Shown piece after piece: positions 54,345 to 63,345 of a stretch of DNA of 64,000 nucleotides. Position numbers and translations under genes: made by a program. Source of the stretch: Nitrospirota bacterium (GTDB lineage: Bacteria > Nitrospirota > Nitrospiria > Nitrospirales > Nitrospiraceae); contig JACAFD010000056.1 in the NCBI GenBank assembly GCA_013388555.1, positions 8,331 to 72,330 of the forward strand, in the 5' to 3' direction. Within the stretch, counting starts at the first letter, position 1. Each line of letters begins with the position of its first letter. The notes under the pieces were generated by a model. It saw nothing but the letters and a program-made list of their open reading frames with translations, was not told the origin of the DNA and did no database searches.

Positions 54345-54602
54345 ATGGGAAAGGAGGCAGGAAAAGCAATGGGTACTGTGGATGAACGGGTAAAAAAAAT
54401 TATCGGTGAGCAGTTAGGAGTTGAAGAGGATGAGGTGACGCCGGAGGCCAGTTTCGTGGAAGACCTTGGCGCCGATTCGCTCGATACGGTTGAGCTGGTC
54501 ATGGCCCTTGAAGAAGAATTCGGCATTGAGATTCCCGACGAAGATGCAGAGAAGATTCTGACGGTCGGGAAAGCGCTGGACTATATAAAGGAAAAAGCGT
54601 AG
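54345..54602 (+). CDS. acpP: Acyl carrier protein
   Basis: The phosphopantetheine site is [19 protein letters not shown]. Two plausible starts exist: 54345 with AGGAGG 7 nt upstream, and 54369, which would give a canonical 77-aa ACP. Confidence 0.93.
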   Translation: MGKEAGKAMGTVDERVKKIIGEQLGVEEDEVTPEASFVEDLGADSLDTVELVMALEEEFGIEIPDEDAEKILTVGKALDYIKEKA

Positions 54603-54614
54603 CGGTCGTAGGAT

Positions 54615-55868
54615 GTGATGAGTCCTCGCTCGACCAGGCGGATTGTGGTGACCGGTCTGGGGCTGATTACGCCTCTGGGAACTGGTGTCGACAAGACGTG
54701 GAAGGGCATCTGTGCCGGCGAGTCCGGCATCAGTCGAATCACAAGATTCGATCCCGCAGCCTACGATGCCCAAATCGCCGGCGAAGTGAAAGACTTCGAT
54801 CCGGCCGACTACATCGAGAAAAAAGAAATCAAAAAGATGGATGCGTTCATCCATTATGCCGTGGGGGCCGCCCTTATGGCAGTGGATGATGCGGGGTTTA
54901 CCGTGGCGCCGGAAGAGGCCACAAAAGTCGGGGTGTATATCGGGTCTGGTATCGGGGGGCTTGGGTCGATCGAGCACTATCACAAGATTCTGCAGGAAAA
55001 AGGCCCCGGGCGTGTCTCGCCATTTTTCATCCCCATGACCATCATCAATCTGGCCTCCGGGCAGGTGGCGATCAGGCTGGGCGCCAAGGGGCCGAACTCC
55101 TGTGCGGTGACCGCCTGTGCGACGGGTAATCATTGCATCGGCGACGCGTACCGGCTGATTCAGGCCGGTGATGCTGATGTCATGATCGCTGGCGGGGCGG
55201 AAGCTGCCATCACGCCGTTGGGGGTCGCAGGGTTTGCGGCGGCGAAAGCCTTGTCATTTCGCAACGACGATCCGGTGAAAGCGAGCCGGCCATTCGAGAA
55301 AGACCGCGACGGGTTCGTGCTCGGCGAAGGCGCTGGAGTCGTGGTGTTGGAAGAATTAGAGCACGCGCGTCGGCGTGGCGTTCGCATCTATGCCGAATTG
55401 ATCGGCTACGGCATGAACAGCGACGCCTACCATATTACTGCCCCGTCTGAAGAGGGCGAAGGCGCAGTCCGGTGCATGGAGTTGGCGCTCAAGGATGCCG
55501 GTATCCGTAGGGACCAGGTCGGGTATATCAACGCGCATGGCACGTCGACGATGGCGGATGCCATTGAAACCAAGGCCATTAAGCAGGTGTTCAGTGAGCA
55601 GGCCTACCACATACCGGTCAGTTCGACCAAGTCGATGACCGGCCACCTACTCGGGGCGGCTGGCGGGATTGAAGCGGTGTTTACGGTTCTGGCGCTTCAC
55701 CACGGGATCCTTCCTCCGACGATCAACCTGGATCATCCGGACCCTGCCTGCGACCTGGACTATGTTCCGCATAGGGCTAGACCGGCTACGGTAACGGTGG
55801 CGCTGTCGAATTCTTTTGGATTCGGAGGGGTCAATGCCTGCCTGCTCTTCAGAAAGCCTGATGTCTAA
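54615..55868 (+). CDS. fabF: 3-oxoacyl-ACP synthase II
   Basis: 417 aa. Contains the active-site Cys ([13 protein letters not shown]), HGTSTMADA and GHLLGAAG. Confidence 0.95.
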   Translation: MMSPRSTRRIVVTGLGLITPLGTGVDKTWKGICAGESGISRITRFDPAAYDAQIAGEVKDFDPADYIEKKEIKKMDAFIHYAVGAALMAVDDAGFTVAPEEATKVGVYIGSGIGGLGSIEHYHKILQEKGPGRVSPFFIPMTIINLASGQVAIRLGAKGPNSCAVTACATGNHCIGDAYRLIQAGDADVMIAGGAEAAITPLGVAGFAAAKALSFRNDDPVKASRPFEKDRDGFVLGEGAGVVVLEELEHARRRGVRIYAELIGYGMNSDAYHITAPSEEGEGAVRCMELALKDAGIRRDQVGYINAHGTSTMADAIETKAIKQVFSEQAYHIPVSSTKSMTGHLLGAAGGIEAVFTVLALHHGILPPTINLDHPDPACDLDYVPHRARPATVTVALSNSFGFGGVNACLLFRKPDV

Positions 55869-56017
55869 CCGGCATCATTCATGAGCGCTTCAGCTACAAC
55901 CGCCGATCCGCTGCTATCACAAATCTCCGGCCGGCAGGCTCATCTCTCTGACGGGGGCAGGCACCGTCGCAGGCGACGGAGAGAGTTCCCTGGGCTCCGT
56001 GCGCAGGTCTCACCACT

Positions 56018-56725
56018 ATGACTTCGGCTAGTTCTGCCGACTTGCTTCAATCCTCGTTGGGTTACCGATTCAAGGCGCTTGCCTTGCTCGAGGAGGCCTT
56101 GACCCATTCCTCTCTCGTCAACGAACAGAAAACAGCGTCGCCTCCACATAACGAGCGGCTTGAATTCCTCGGCGATGCCGTGTTGTCGCTCGCGATCAGT
56201 GAGTATCTCGCGTCTGTGTTGCCCCAGTCTTCAGAGGGGGCACTCTCGAAGGTGAAAGCACAGTTGGTCAGTGAGGCCTCATTGGCGCAGGCGGCCCGCA
56301 GGCTCGGACTCGGGGAGCATCTCAAGCTCGGGCGCGGGGAGGACCGTTCGAAGGGGCGTGAGAAAGATTCGTTGTTGGCCGATGCGCTGGAGGCGGTGCT
56401 TGCGGCGGTTCATCTTGACGGAGGATTCGAGGCAAGCCGCAGCGTGACGCGCCGGATTTTTGCAGAGGAACTCACACATGTTGCCTCGCAACAGGAGCAG
56501 CCTGGGGCGGGCGACTACAAAACTCAGTTTCAAGAGTGGTGCCAAAAGCGGCATGACACGTTGCCGCGCTATGCGACGGTTCGAGAAACAGGGCCAGACC
56601 ACCAGAAGTTATTCGAGGTGGAACTGTCCATTCAGGGCCAGGTCGTGGGTAGAGGGTCCGGACGAAGTAAAAAGGAAGCAGAGCAACAGGCGGCGAAGCA
56701 GGCTCTCCAACAGTTACAGGCCTGA
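56018..56725 (+). CDS. rnc: Ribonuclease III
   Basis: 235 aa. Contains the RNase III signature NERLEFLGDAVL and a C-terminal dsRBD (GSGRSKKEAEQQAAKQAL). Confidence 0.95.
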   Translation: MTSASSADLLQSSLGYRFKALALLEEALTHSSLVNEQKTASPPHNERLEFLGDAVLSLAISEYLASVLPQSSEGALSKVKAQLVSEASLAQAARRLGLGEHLKLGRGEDRSKGREKDSLLADALEAVLAAVHLDGGFEASRSVTRRIFAEELTHVASQQEQPGAGDYKTQFQEWCQKRHDTLPRYATVRETGPDHQKLFEVELSIQGQVVGRGSGRSKKEAEQQAAKQALQQLQA

Positions 56726-56784
56726 TCGGCTCGCCATGGTAAGGTGACCTCGCAGTGAAATCAGATATCATTTCAGGGAGGCTC

Positions 56785-57393
56785 ATGATGCGGAGACGAA
56801 TTATCGTGAGGATGGCGGTGGTGGCGCTCGTGCTGGGAGGGAGTCTGTTGCTGGGGATGGGTACCCTCTTTGCGGCTGACAAGTCTCCGGCAGGAACTGC
56901 AGAAGGCGTGAAAGGCCCCAAGGCCACGCTCAAAACAAAGTTTGGCGATATGGAAATTGTCTTCTTTCCGGAGAAGGCTCCCAAGCATGTTGAAAATTTC
57001 TTCGCATTGGCGAAATCGGGTTTCTATAACGGCACGATCTTTCATCGGGTGATTCCAGGGTTCATGATCCAGGGCGGCGATCCCAATACCAAGGATCTGA
57101 ACAAGCCGGAGACCTATGGCCAGGGGGGACCGAGCCAGAAGCTCAAAGCCGAGTTCAACGACATCCCCCATAGGCGAGGGATTGTCTCCATGGCACGCAC
57201 GAACGATCCCAACAGCGCCGGTTCGCAGTTCTTCATTGTCGTGAAGGATTCGAATTTTCTCGATGGGCAATATACGGTCTTTGGCGAGGTGGTGAAAGGG
57301 ATGGATGTGGCGGATAAGATTGTCAGCTTGCCAAGGAACAGCCGCGATCTTCCCACAGAGCGCGTCGAGATCACAGTCGTGGCGGGCGAGTAA
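56785..57393 (+). CDS. Cyclophilin-type peptidyl-prolyl cis-trans isomerase, exported
   Basis: From ATG 56785 (GGGAGG upstream) the signal peptide is MMRRRIIVRMAVVALVLGGSLLLGMGTLFA. Cyclophilin blocks FHRVIPGFMIQGGDP and GSQFFIV are present. Confidence 0.9.
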   Translation: MMRRRIIVRMAVVALVLGGSLLLGMGTLFAADKSPAGTAEGVKGPKATLKTKFGDMEIVFFPEKAPKHVENFFALAKSGFYNGTIFHRVIPGFMIQGGDPNTKDLNKPETYGQGGPSQKLKAEFNDIPHRRGIVSMARTNDPNSAGSQFFIVVKDSNFLDGQYTVFGEVVKGMDVADKIVSLPRNSRDLPTERVEITVVAGE

Positions 57394-57396
57394 GCG

Positions 57397-58035
57397 ATGC
57401 GAGGTTGGCGGACTATGACGCATGATGCTGCTGTCATAAGAAGTCTTGTGCTGGGCGGCCTACTGTTGGGGATTGGCCTTCTCACTGGCTGTGGAGGAAA
57501 GGCCGAGGTGGTACCGGTTACGCCTCCGTCTAGCCCTGGCCCAAGAGCTATCATCAAGACGAAGTTCGGAGACATGCATCTCAAATTCTATCCGGATGTG
57601 GCTCCGAATCATGTTGGAAACTTCATCAAGCTGGCCAAATCAGGCTTTTACGATGGGACGATCTTTCATCGGGTGATTCCAGGATTCATGATCCAGGGTG
57701 GTGATCCCAATACCAAGAGCTCGCTGCGCAAGGACACCTATGGGCAGGGCGGACCCAAAGATGAAAAGGGCAATCCCATCCTCCTCAAGGCGGAATTCAG
57801 TGACATTCCACACAAGCGCGGCATTGTGTCGATGGCGCGAGCGAACGAGCCGGACACCGCTGGGTCGCAGTTCTTCATTGTCGTCGAGCCGTCTCCCTTC
57901 CTCGATGGAAAATATACGGCGTTTGGCGAAGTGGTTAGAGGGCTTGGAGTCGCCGACAAGATCGTGGCTGTCCCAAGAAACGCTCAGGACCTTCCGAACG
58001 AGCGAATTGAGATGATGGTGACGATTGTTGAGTAG
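57397..58035 (+). CDS. Cyclophilin-type peptidyl-prolyl cis-trans isomerase, lipoprotein
   Basis: Lipobox LLTGCGG. It has the same cyclophilin blocks as its upstream paralog (FHRVIPGFMIQGGDP, GSQFFIVV). Confidence 0.9.
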   Translation: MRGWRTMTHDAAVIRSLVLGGLLLGIGLLTGCGGKAEVVPVTPPSSPGPRAIIKTKFGDMHLKFYPDVAPNHVGNFIKLAKSGFYDGTIFHRVIPGFMIQGGDPNTKSSLRKDTYGQGGPKDEKGNPILLKAEFSDIPHKRGIVSMARANEPDTAGSQFFIVVEPSPFLDGKYTAFGEVVRGLGVADKIVAVPRNAQDLPNERIEMMVTIVE

Positions 58036-58040
58036 CCGTG

Positions 58041-58124
58041 CGGTCTCACGGACTCCCGTGCACCCAGAGCGCGCACAATAAGAATGTGCTCGCTCGATGT
58101 GCGCAGTTGGAGTCCATGAGACCG
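58041..58124. repeat. REP-like palindromic unit (core family C) between convergent genes
   Basis: The arms cggtctcacggactcc / ggagtccatgagaccg (15 of 16 complementary) flank cgtgcacccagagcgcgcacaataagaatgtgctcgctcgatgtgcgcagtt. Confidence 0.7.
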
Positions 58125-58161
58125 TGCTGCTTGTGGAGTGTACAAAGTAGAAGAACGGATG

Positions 58162-58491
58162 CTATTTGATGGTATCGATGAACGCACGGAGGCGGGCTCG
58201 TTCGGACGGGAAGAACAGAATGAAGCTCAGGCCGAACGCACGACCTGAGACCCAACGTACAGAGGCTCGTTCGACTTTGACCGGAGGCGACTGGTCGGGA
58301 AGGTAAATTGCGAGCTCGACGTCGAGCCCTTCCGCCATATTGATGTCGGATTCGGCTCGACAGCCGGACGTTGAGATGTTTGTGACTGTCGCATCGCCTT
58401 CAATCTCTCCGGAAGCAAATCCCAGGATGCAGCGTAACTCCACTCGGCGCGCTTTTCTGATCTTTTGCTCTCTCCCAGCGCTCATGGTCAA
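58162..58491 (-). CDS. PilZ-domain protein (putative c-di-GMP receptor)
   Basis: 109 aa. Both canonical PilZ motifs are present: RxxxR (RKARR) and N-x-S-x-x-G (NISTSG). Confidence 0.8.
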   Translation of the reverse strand: MTMSAGREQKIRKARRVELRCILGFASGEIEGDATVTNISTSGCRAESDINMAEGLDVELAIYLPDQSPPVKVERASVRWVSGRAFGLSFILFFPSERARLRAFIDTIK

Positions 58492-58521
58492 TGTCCTACC
58501 GTACTGGGCAGTGGTTCCCCG

Positions 58522-59217
58522 TCAGTGGTGATGACAGCCAGGTCCATGGGTATGGGGTTCAGGCGCCGGTGGTGGCATGAACTGCTGTCCTGGCAAAATG
58601 ATGTGGCCCGGTTCGCGTTGCTTGGTCAGGTGTTCGGCAATGTCAGGATGGTAGGCTCGCACATACCCGATGAGTCCACTGAGGAACCGTTGTGATTGGA
58701 GGTCCGTGCCGGAAAAGCGCGAGATGAAGGTGATCGCACGGTCCAATATTTCCGGTGCGGAGGACATGTCGGCGATCTGCTGAGGATTCTGTTTTTTGAA
58801 CGTGTCGTATTCCTTCTTGAGATATTCCGCGAATACCGGCATCGGTGCAGCAGGTATATGAAGGGGGCTGAGCGTCCGTCGCAAGGCCTGCAGCGCTGCC
58901 ACGACTTCCGCATCTTGCCCGTCGCGGCGCCCTTGGAAGTATCCGAAAATCACCACTTCAACGAGATTGAACAGCGCGACGGACTTTTCACCGCCCAGAT
59001 CAGTCAACTCGCGATAAAAGTCGCGGCGTATCGGCATAAATTGCACAGCCAGTCGTTTCTGCTGGTAGTCGCTCCCGGATTCGAGATACATGCAATCAAC
59101 CGGGCATCCGACCCGCACGATCCGGTGTTCGCCGCAACATTGGCTGCAGATCAGCCCCCCCAGGGCGGGGCATGGCCGCTTGCCTTTCCGCTGTGAACAA
59201 TAGGCGCAGTGGCTCAT
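58522..59217 (-). CDS. Cys-rich hypothetical protein (putative metal-binding N-terminus, His-rich C-terminus)
   Basis: 231 aa with eight Cys in the first 42 residues (C4, C7, C16, C24, C27, C28, C38, C42). The C-terminus is HTHGPGCHHH. Its start overlaps the stop of the upstream propeller gene by 4 nt. Confidence 0.6.
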   Translation of the reverse strand: MSHCAYCSQRKGKRPCPALGGLICSQCCGEHRIVRVGCPVDCMYLESGSDYQQKRLAVQFMPIRRDFYRELTDLGGEKSVALFNLVEVVIFGYFQGRRDGQDAEVVAALQALRRTLSPLHIPAAPMPVFAEYLKKEYDTFKKQNPQQIADMSSAPEILDRAITFISRFSGTDLQSQRFLSGLIGYVRAYHPDIAEHLTKQREPGHIILPGQQFMPPPAPEPHTHGPGCHHH

Positions 59218-60248
59218 TTTTTTATTGGTCCTTCTGCTTCCGGCTTCGGCGGAGGGGGAATAAATCCGTAGTCTGCCAATGTCCGTTTCTCTTGTTTGGA
59301 CTTTGCGCTGCTGGGGGTTTCAAGTCCGTTCATTTCAGCCGCATGGGCCGACTCAAACGGGACAAGGATGAGGTTGTTCGCACGGTCGATGCTCAGGTCT
59401 CCCGGCGAGGGGAGAAACTCGGCGATGACTTGAAACCGTTTGTCCCAGGTCATGCGCCACACCTTTCCCGTCGTGAAATCCGAGACGTACATATTTCCCC
59501 ACCGGTCGAAATCCACTCCACGTAGATTCTGGAAGCGGTTGGAAAAGAATCCGTTGGAGAAGAGTTCCGTCACCACACCTTCTGGAGAGACCTCGAAGAT
59601 TTTGCCCTTGTCCCAGCTCACTGCAATGATCTGGCCGGACTTGGGATGGACAACAAGGCCCGAGGGACCGGCCAGGGCCAGGTCTGTGACTAGCACCGAC
59701 AGTGTCTGGGTGGCCAGATCGACTCGATAGATCGTGTTGGCCTTCTGATCGGAGCAGTACAAGTGCCCCTTGCCATCGAAGGCCACGTCGCTCAAAGAGG
59801 CTTGTGGCATCTCAGATTGTGAGGGAGGCGGTGATCGGACGGTGAGCGTCATGACCGGCTCGCCAGTGGCAGTGTTAAAACCCCGTAGAGTATTGAGGTC
59901 CGCCACGTAGAGCACGTGTTCCACCACGGCCATGCCTTTGGGGGCATGAAGGGTCACGTCACCCTTTCCGCCCTGGATGAATTTGAGATTCAGGAGCTTG
60001 CCATGAGGATCCAGCTTGGTGATGAATCCGTTGTTATCGGCGGTTTCCGCCTCGCCGTTCACGCTCGAAATAAAATAGCCCTTCTCGATGGGATCATTCA
60101 CAAAGCTATAGGGAGACTGGAGTTCCGTCATGGTAATCTGGGCGCTGAGCGGGCTGACGATCGCAACGGATGCGATCATGATGAGCAAGGCCGCAGGATG
60201 GCGGATGACGCGTGTCAGAAGGGACATCACGGAGGAGGTTCTGTTCAC
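59214..60248 (-). CDS. Exported beta-propeller protein (NHL / SMP-30-like repeat, tentative)
   Basis: 344 aa. The signal-like N-terminus is AALLIMIASVAIVSPLSAQ. Repeated segments of the type G.A.D..G.LYV.D recur (GMAVVEHVLYVAD, AFDGKGHLYCSD, GVDFDRWGNMYVSD). Confidence 0.6.
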   Translation of the reverse strand: MNRTSSVMSLLTRVIRHPAALLIMIASVAIVSPLSAQITMTELQSPYSFVNDPIEKGYFISSVNGEAETADNNGFITKLDPHGKLLNLKFIQGGKGDVTLHAPKGMAVVEHVLYVADLNTLRGFNTATGEPVMTLTVRSPPPSQSEMPQASLSDVAFDGKGHLYCSDQKANTIYRVDLATQTLSVLVTDLALAGPSGLVVHPKSGQIIAVSWDKGKIFEVSPEGVVTELFSNGFFSNRFQNLRGVDFDRWGNMYVSDFTTGKVWRMTWDKRFQVIAEFLPSPGDLSIDRANNLILVPFESAHAAEMNGLETPSSAKSKQEKRTLADYGFIPPPPKPEAEGPIKK

Positions 60249-60322
60249 AAGGTCGATGGCTGTTGATCTTGGTTGCCGAATCCATCGTAGCTGTCAAGCG
60301 AAGAACCTGTCAAGAAACGGAC

Positions 60323-60434
60323 GTAAGGCGAACGGGCGTAAGGTGTGAGGTGTAAGGGGTAAGTAGCCAGTGATCGATCGCATAACTCTCTCGTCCCTCG
60401 CGTCACCCCTCACGTTTCGCGCCTGACGCCTCAC
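60323..60434. repeat. Inverted arrays of 7-nt units (GTRAGGN) in the divergent region upstream of folD
   Basis: On the left, gtaaggc lies at 60323-60329. Four contiguous heptads follow: gtaaggt gtgaggt gtaaggg gtaagta (60338-60365). On the right there are six contiguous heptads in inverted orientation (60393-60434), whose reverse complement reads gtgaggc gtcaggc gcgaaac gtgaggg gtgacgc gagggac. The spacer contains the palindrome gatcgatc. Confidence 0.6.
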
Positions 60435-60449
60435 GGCTTAGGCGGGTCG

Positions 60450-60479
60450 TTGACTTGATCAAAAATGCCCTGGTATGGT
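60450..60479 (+). promoter_or_regulatory. Sigma70-like promoter candidate for folD
   Basis: TTGACT (60450-60455), 18-nt spacer, TATGGT (60474-60479). Confidence 0.3.
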
Positions 60480-60522
60480 GCCTTGCTTTTTTCCTGAAGC
60501 TCACTCAAGGGAGGTGGAATCC

Positions 60523-61383
60523 GTGGCAGCACGATTGATTGATGGCAAAGCGTTGGCATTGCAAATCCGTGAGGGGCTCGTAACTGAATCGGCGGCGGTC
60601 TTGGCTAAGACAGGGGTGAAACCTGGCCTGGCGACGATTCTGGTGGGCGACGATCCCGCCTCGCATCTCTATGTGAAGAGCAAACAAAAAGCCTGTGATG
60701 CGGCGGGCATCTATATCGATGATCACAAATTGCCGGCGAGTACAACGCAAGCAGAGCTGTTGGCCCTGATTGAAAGGGAAAATGCGGACTCCAGGATCCA
60801 CGGGATATTGGTTCAATTGCCGCTCCCGAAGCATATCGACAGCAAAGTCGTACTCGAAGCTGTGTCCCCTGACAAGGACGCAGACGGGTTTCATCCGTAC
60901 AATTTCGGTCGACTTGTTGAGGGGCATCCCGTGTTTGAGGCCTGCACACCGAAGGGCGTCATTAAGATGATCGAATCCACCGGCGTGAAGATCGAGGGGA
61001 AGCGCGCCGTCGTATTGGGACGGAGCAATATCGTCGGCAAGCCCTTGGCGCTCATGTTGCTCCAGCGCAATGCCACAGTGACGATCTGTCACTCCAAGAC
61101 CAAGGATTTGCCGGCGGTGTGCCGCGAAGCCGAGCTGTTGCTGGTGGCGATTGGGAAGGCCAAATTTGTCACGGCCGACATGGTGCGCGAAGGGGCGGTT
61201 GTCATCGATGTGGGAACGAACCGGCTCCCCGATGGAAAAGTGGTGGGAGACGTTGACTTTGAACCGGTCAGCCAAAAGGCGGGCTGGATCAGTCCTGTGC
61301 CGGGTGGTGTGGGGCCGATGACGATCGCGATGTTGCTGGACAACACGGTGGAGTCTGCGAAGAGAATGGCGAAGATGTTGTAG
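60523..61383 (+). CDS. folD: Bifunctional methylenetetrahydrofolate dehydrogenase / methenyltetrahydrofolate cyclohydrolase
   Basis: From GTG 60523 (GGAGG 8 nt upstream) the product is VAARLIDGKALA..., the canonical FolD start. GILVQLPLP, GRSNIVGKP and PGGVGPMT are present. The track start at 60475 is an in-frame alternative. Confidence 0.93.
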   Translation: MAARLIDGKALALQIREGLVTESAAVLAKTGVKPGLATILVGDDPASHLYVKSKQKACDAAGIYIDDHKLPASTTQAELLALIERENADSRIHGILVQLPLPKHIDSKVVLEAVSPDKDADGFHPYNFGRLVEGHPVFEACTPKGVIKMIESTGVKIEGKRAVVLGRSNIVGKPLALMLLQRNATVTICHSKTKDLPAVCREAELLLVAIGKAKFVTADMVREGAVVIDVGTNRLPDGKVVGDVDFEPVSQKAGWISPVPGGVGPMTIAMLLDNTVESAKRMAKML

Positions 61384-61389
61384 AAGGAT

Positions 61390-61460
61390 GGGGGCTCCCT
61401 TGCTCGCTGCCCGCGCACGATCAGAATGTGCTCGGTCAATGCGCGCAGTAGGGAGCCCCC
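61390..61460. repeat. REP-like palindromic unit (core family C) at the folD 3' end
   Basis: Perfect 11-nt arms gggggctccct / agggagccccc flank tgctcgctgcccgcgcacgatcagaatgtgctcggtcaatgcgcgcagt. Confidence 0.75.
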
Positions 61461-61507
61461 AATCCTCCTACAACAGTGGGTGAAGTGTAAGGGGGTACGG
61501 AAAGAAG

Positions 61508-62398
61508 ATGAGCCAAGAACCGCGGCGGTTGAAGGAAGTGCTCGATAGCGGACAGTTTGCTGTTACGATTGAGTACAACCCTCCCAAAGGCACCAACATT
61601 TCTGGTGTGTTGGAAAATGCCAAACAGCTGGTAGGACGTGTGCATGGGGTCAACGTGACGGACAACACGGCTGCCATCGTGCGGGCCGGTTCCCTTCCCG
61701 TGTGCCGACTCCTCTATGAACTCGGCCATGATCCGGTCATGCAGATGACCTGCCGTGATCGGAATCGAATCGCGATGCAGTCGGACCTCATGGGTGCCTC
61801 CATGCTCGGCATCCGCAATATTCTCTGTCTCACCGGAGACTATCCGACGGTTGGGGACCATAAAGAGGCAAAACCCGTCTATGATCTGGACTCAGTTCAA
61901 GTCATGCAGCTCGTGCAGGGACTCAACAACGGGCAGGATTTTGTAGGAAACAAGCTAGATGGCGCCACGCAGTTTACCATCGGGGCTGCGGTAACTCCGG
62001 AGGCAGATCCGCTTGGCCCGATGCTCGCCAAGTTCGAAGTGAAGGTAAAAGCTGGCGCTCAGTTTTTCCAGACGCAGGCAATATACCATCCGGAGCAATT
62101 TGCCTCCTTTATGAAGGCGGTGCGCCCTTTTAAGGTCAAGGTGCTGGCGGGAATTCTTGTCCTCCGGAACGCCAAGATGGCGGAGTTCATGAATGCCAAT
62201 ATTCCTGGCGTGTCAGTTCCCCAGGAGATGATCGATGAACTCAGGGCTGCCGGCCCCGAGCGGGCCGAGGATGTGGGGGTGGACATCGCGGTGCGGACGA
62301 TCAAGGCGGTGCAGCCATACTGCGATGGAGTGCATATCATGGCGATTAAGGCGACCCATCGGCTGGCTGACATTATCACCAAAGCAGAAGTGGGTTGA
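61508..62398 (+). CDS. metF: Methylenetetrahydrofolate reductase (MetF family)
   Basis: 296 aa. FAVTIEYNPPKG, NVTDN, MTCRDRNR, LCLTGD and FFQTQ match the MTHFR TIM-barrel blocks as I recall them. Confidence 0.8.
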   Translation: MSQEPRRLKEVLDSGQFAVTIEYNPPKGTNISGVLENAKQLVGRVHGVNVTDNTAAIVRAGSLPVCRLLYELGHDPVMQMTCRDRNRIAMQSDLMGASMLGIRNILCLTGDYPTVGDHKEAKPVYDLDSVQVMQLVQGLNNGQDFVGNKLDGATQFTIGAAVTPEADPLGPMLAKFEVKVKAGAQFFQTQAIYHPEQFASFMKAVRPFKVKVLAGILVLRNAKMAEFMNANIPGVSVPQEMIDELRAAGPERAEDVGVDIAVRTIKAVQPYCDGVHIMAIKATHRLADIITKAEVG

Positions 62399-63186
62399 TG
62401 ACGATTCCAGAGTTTCAGCGGCACAAACGGGACAAGAAGAAGATCATCGTCGTTACGGCTTACGACGCGCTGTTCACGCGCATTGTCGAACAGGCTGGCA
62501 TTGAAGCAATCCTGGTCGGGGATTCACTGGGTATCGTCGTACAGGGGAAGGCCAACACGTTATCTGTGACGATGGACGATATGCTCTATCACACCAAACT
62601 TGTGGCTGGAGCGGCCCAACGAGCGCTCGTCATCGGCGATATGCCCTTCATGTCCTATCAAGCCAGCCAGGAAGACGCGCTTCGCAATGCGGGACGGTTT
62701 CTACAGGTTGGGGCTCAGGCAGTCAAGTTGGAAGGCGGCATGGCTGTGGTAGATCAGGTGGCTGCGATGACCGAGATCGGAATTCCGGTGATGGGGCATC
62801 TTGGTATGACTCCCCAATCTGTGCATCGATTTGGCGGCCACAAAGTACAAGGGAAGGAATCGGATCATGCGCATGCAATGCTGAATGATGCCAAAGCTCT
62901 TGAAGCAGCCGGCGCCTTTGGGATCGTGCTCGAAGCGATTCCTGCCGAGTTAGCCAAGACAATTACAGAACAGGTGTCCATTCCTACCATCGGGATCGGC
63001 GCCGGCCCACACTGTGATGGACAGGTCCTTGTGCTCTATGATCTTCTCGGATTATTCGACGATTTCGTACCAAAATTTGTGAAGCCCTACGCGCACCTCA
63101 AGGCGGATGCGTTACAAGCCCTTTGCCGTTACAAAGAAGAAGTCGAGCAGGGCAAGTTTCCAAGCGATTCCGAGTCCTACCACTAA
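62395..63186 (+). CDS. panB: 3-methyl-2-oxobutanoate hydroxymethyltransferase
   Basis: 263 aa. Contains VVTAYDA, LVGDSLG, KLEGG, GHLGMTPQS and GIGAGPHCDGQVLV. ATG 62398 is the likelier start (TGATG junction with metF). Confidence 0.93.
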   Translation: MMTIPEFQRHKRDKKKIIVVTAYDALFTRIVEQAGIEAILVGDSLGIVVQGKANTLSVTMDDMLYHTKLVAGAAQRALVIGDMPFMSYQASQEDALRNAGRFLQVGAQAVKLEGGMAVVDQVAAMTEIGIPVMGHLGMTPQSVHRFGGHKVQGKESDHAHAMLNDAKALEAAGAFGIVLEAIPAELAKTITEQVSIPTIGIGAGPHCDGQVLVLYDLLGLFDDFVPKFVKPYAHLKADALQALCRYKEEVEQGKFPSDSESYH

Positions 63187-63203
63187 CAAGCTGCTGAAAA
63201 TAA

Positions 63204-63328
63204 CAGGCTGCTGAAAAAGGCCTCCAACTTCGTTCTCGGGTCGAAAGAATCCTCAACGTACCCCAGAGGGTACGCCTCCGGTTCTTTCTCGCCTGCGGCC
63301 TCGTTGGATGACCTTTTTGAGCAGCCTG
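63204..63328. repeat. About 125-nt long-hairpin repeat (family A), copy 2
   Basis: The inverted termini are caggctgctgaaaaaggcctccaac and gttggatgacctttttgagcagcctg. The central gtacccc-aga-gggtac hairpin is present. It is collinear with 11955-12077. A partial extra left arm gctgctgaaaataa lies at 63190-63203. Confidence 0.75.
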
Positions 63329-63345
63329 ACCGACTGCATCCGCAA

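Noticed and set aside
54414-55133. 239-aa minus-strand ORF antisense to acpP and fabF, and similar long antisense ORFs in ftsZ (31542..32144), folD (60505..61275), murF (19314..20159) and fabD (52938..53546)
   Set aside because: The sense strands encode unmistakable housekeeping proteins. The antisense frames have the biased composition expected from GC-rich third positions and carry no motifs.
8608-63328. Possibility that the dispersed repeats form a CRISPR array
   Set aside because: The copies are tens of kilobases apart, occur in both orientations, are internally palindromic, vary in length and have no regular repeat-spacer periodicity. No cas genes are present.
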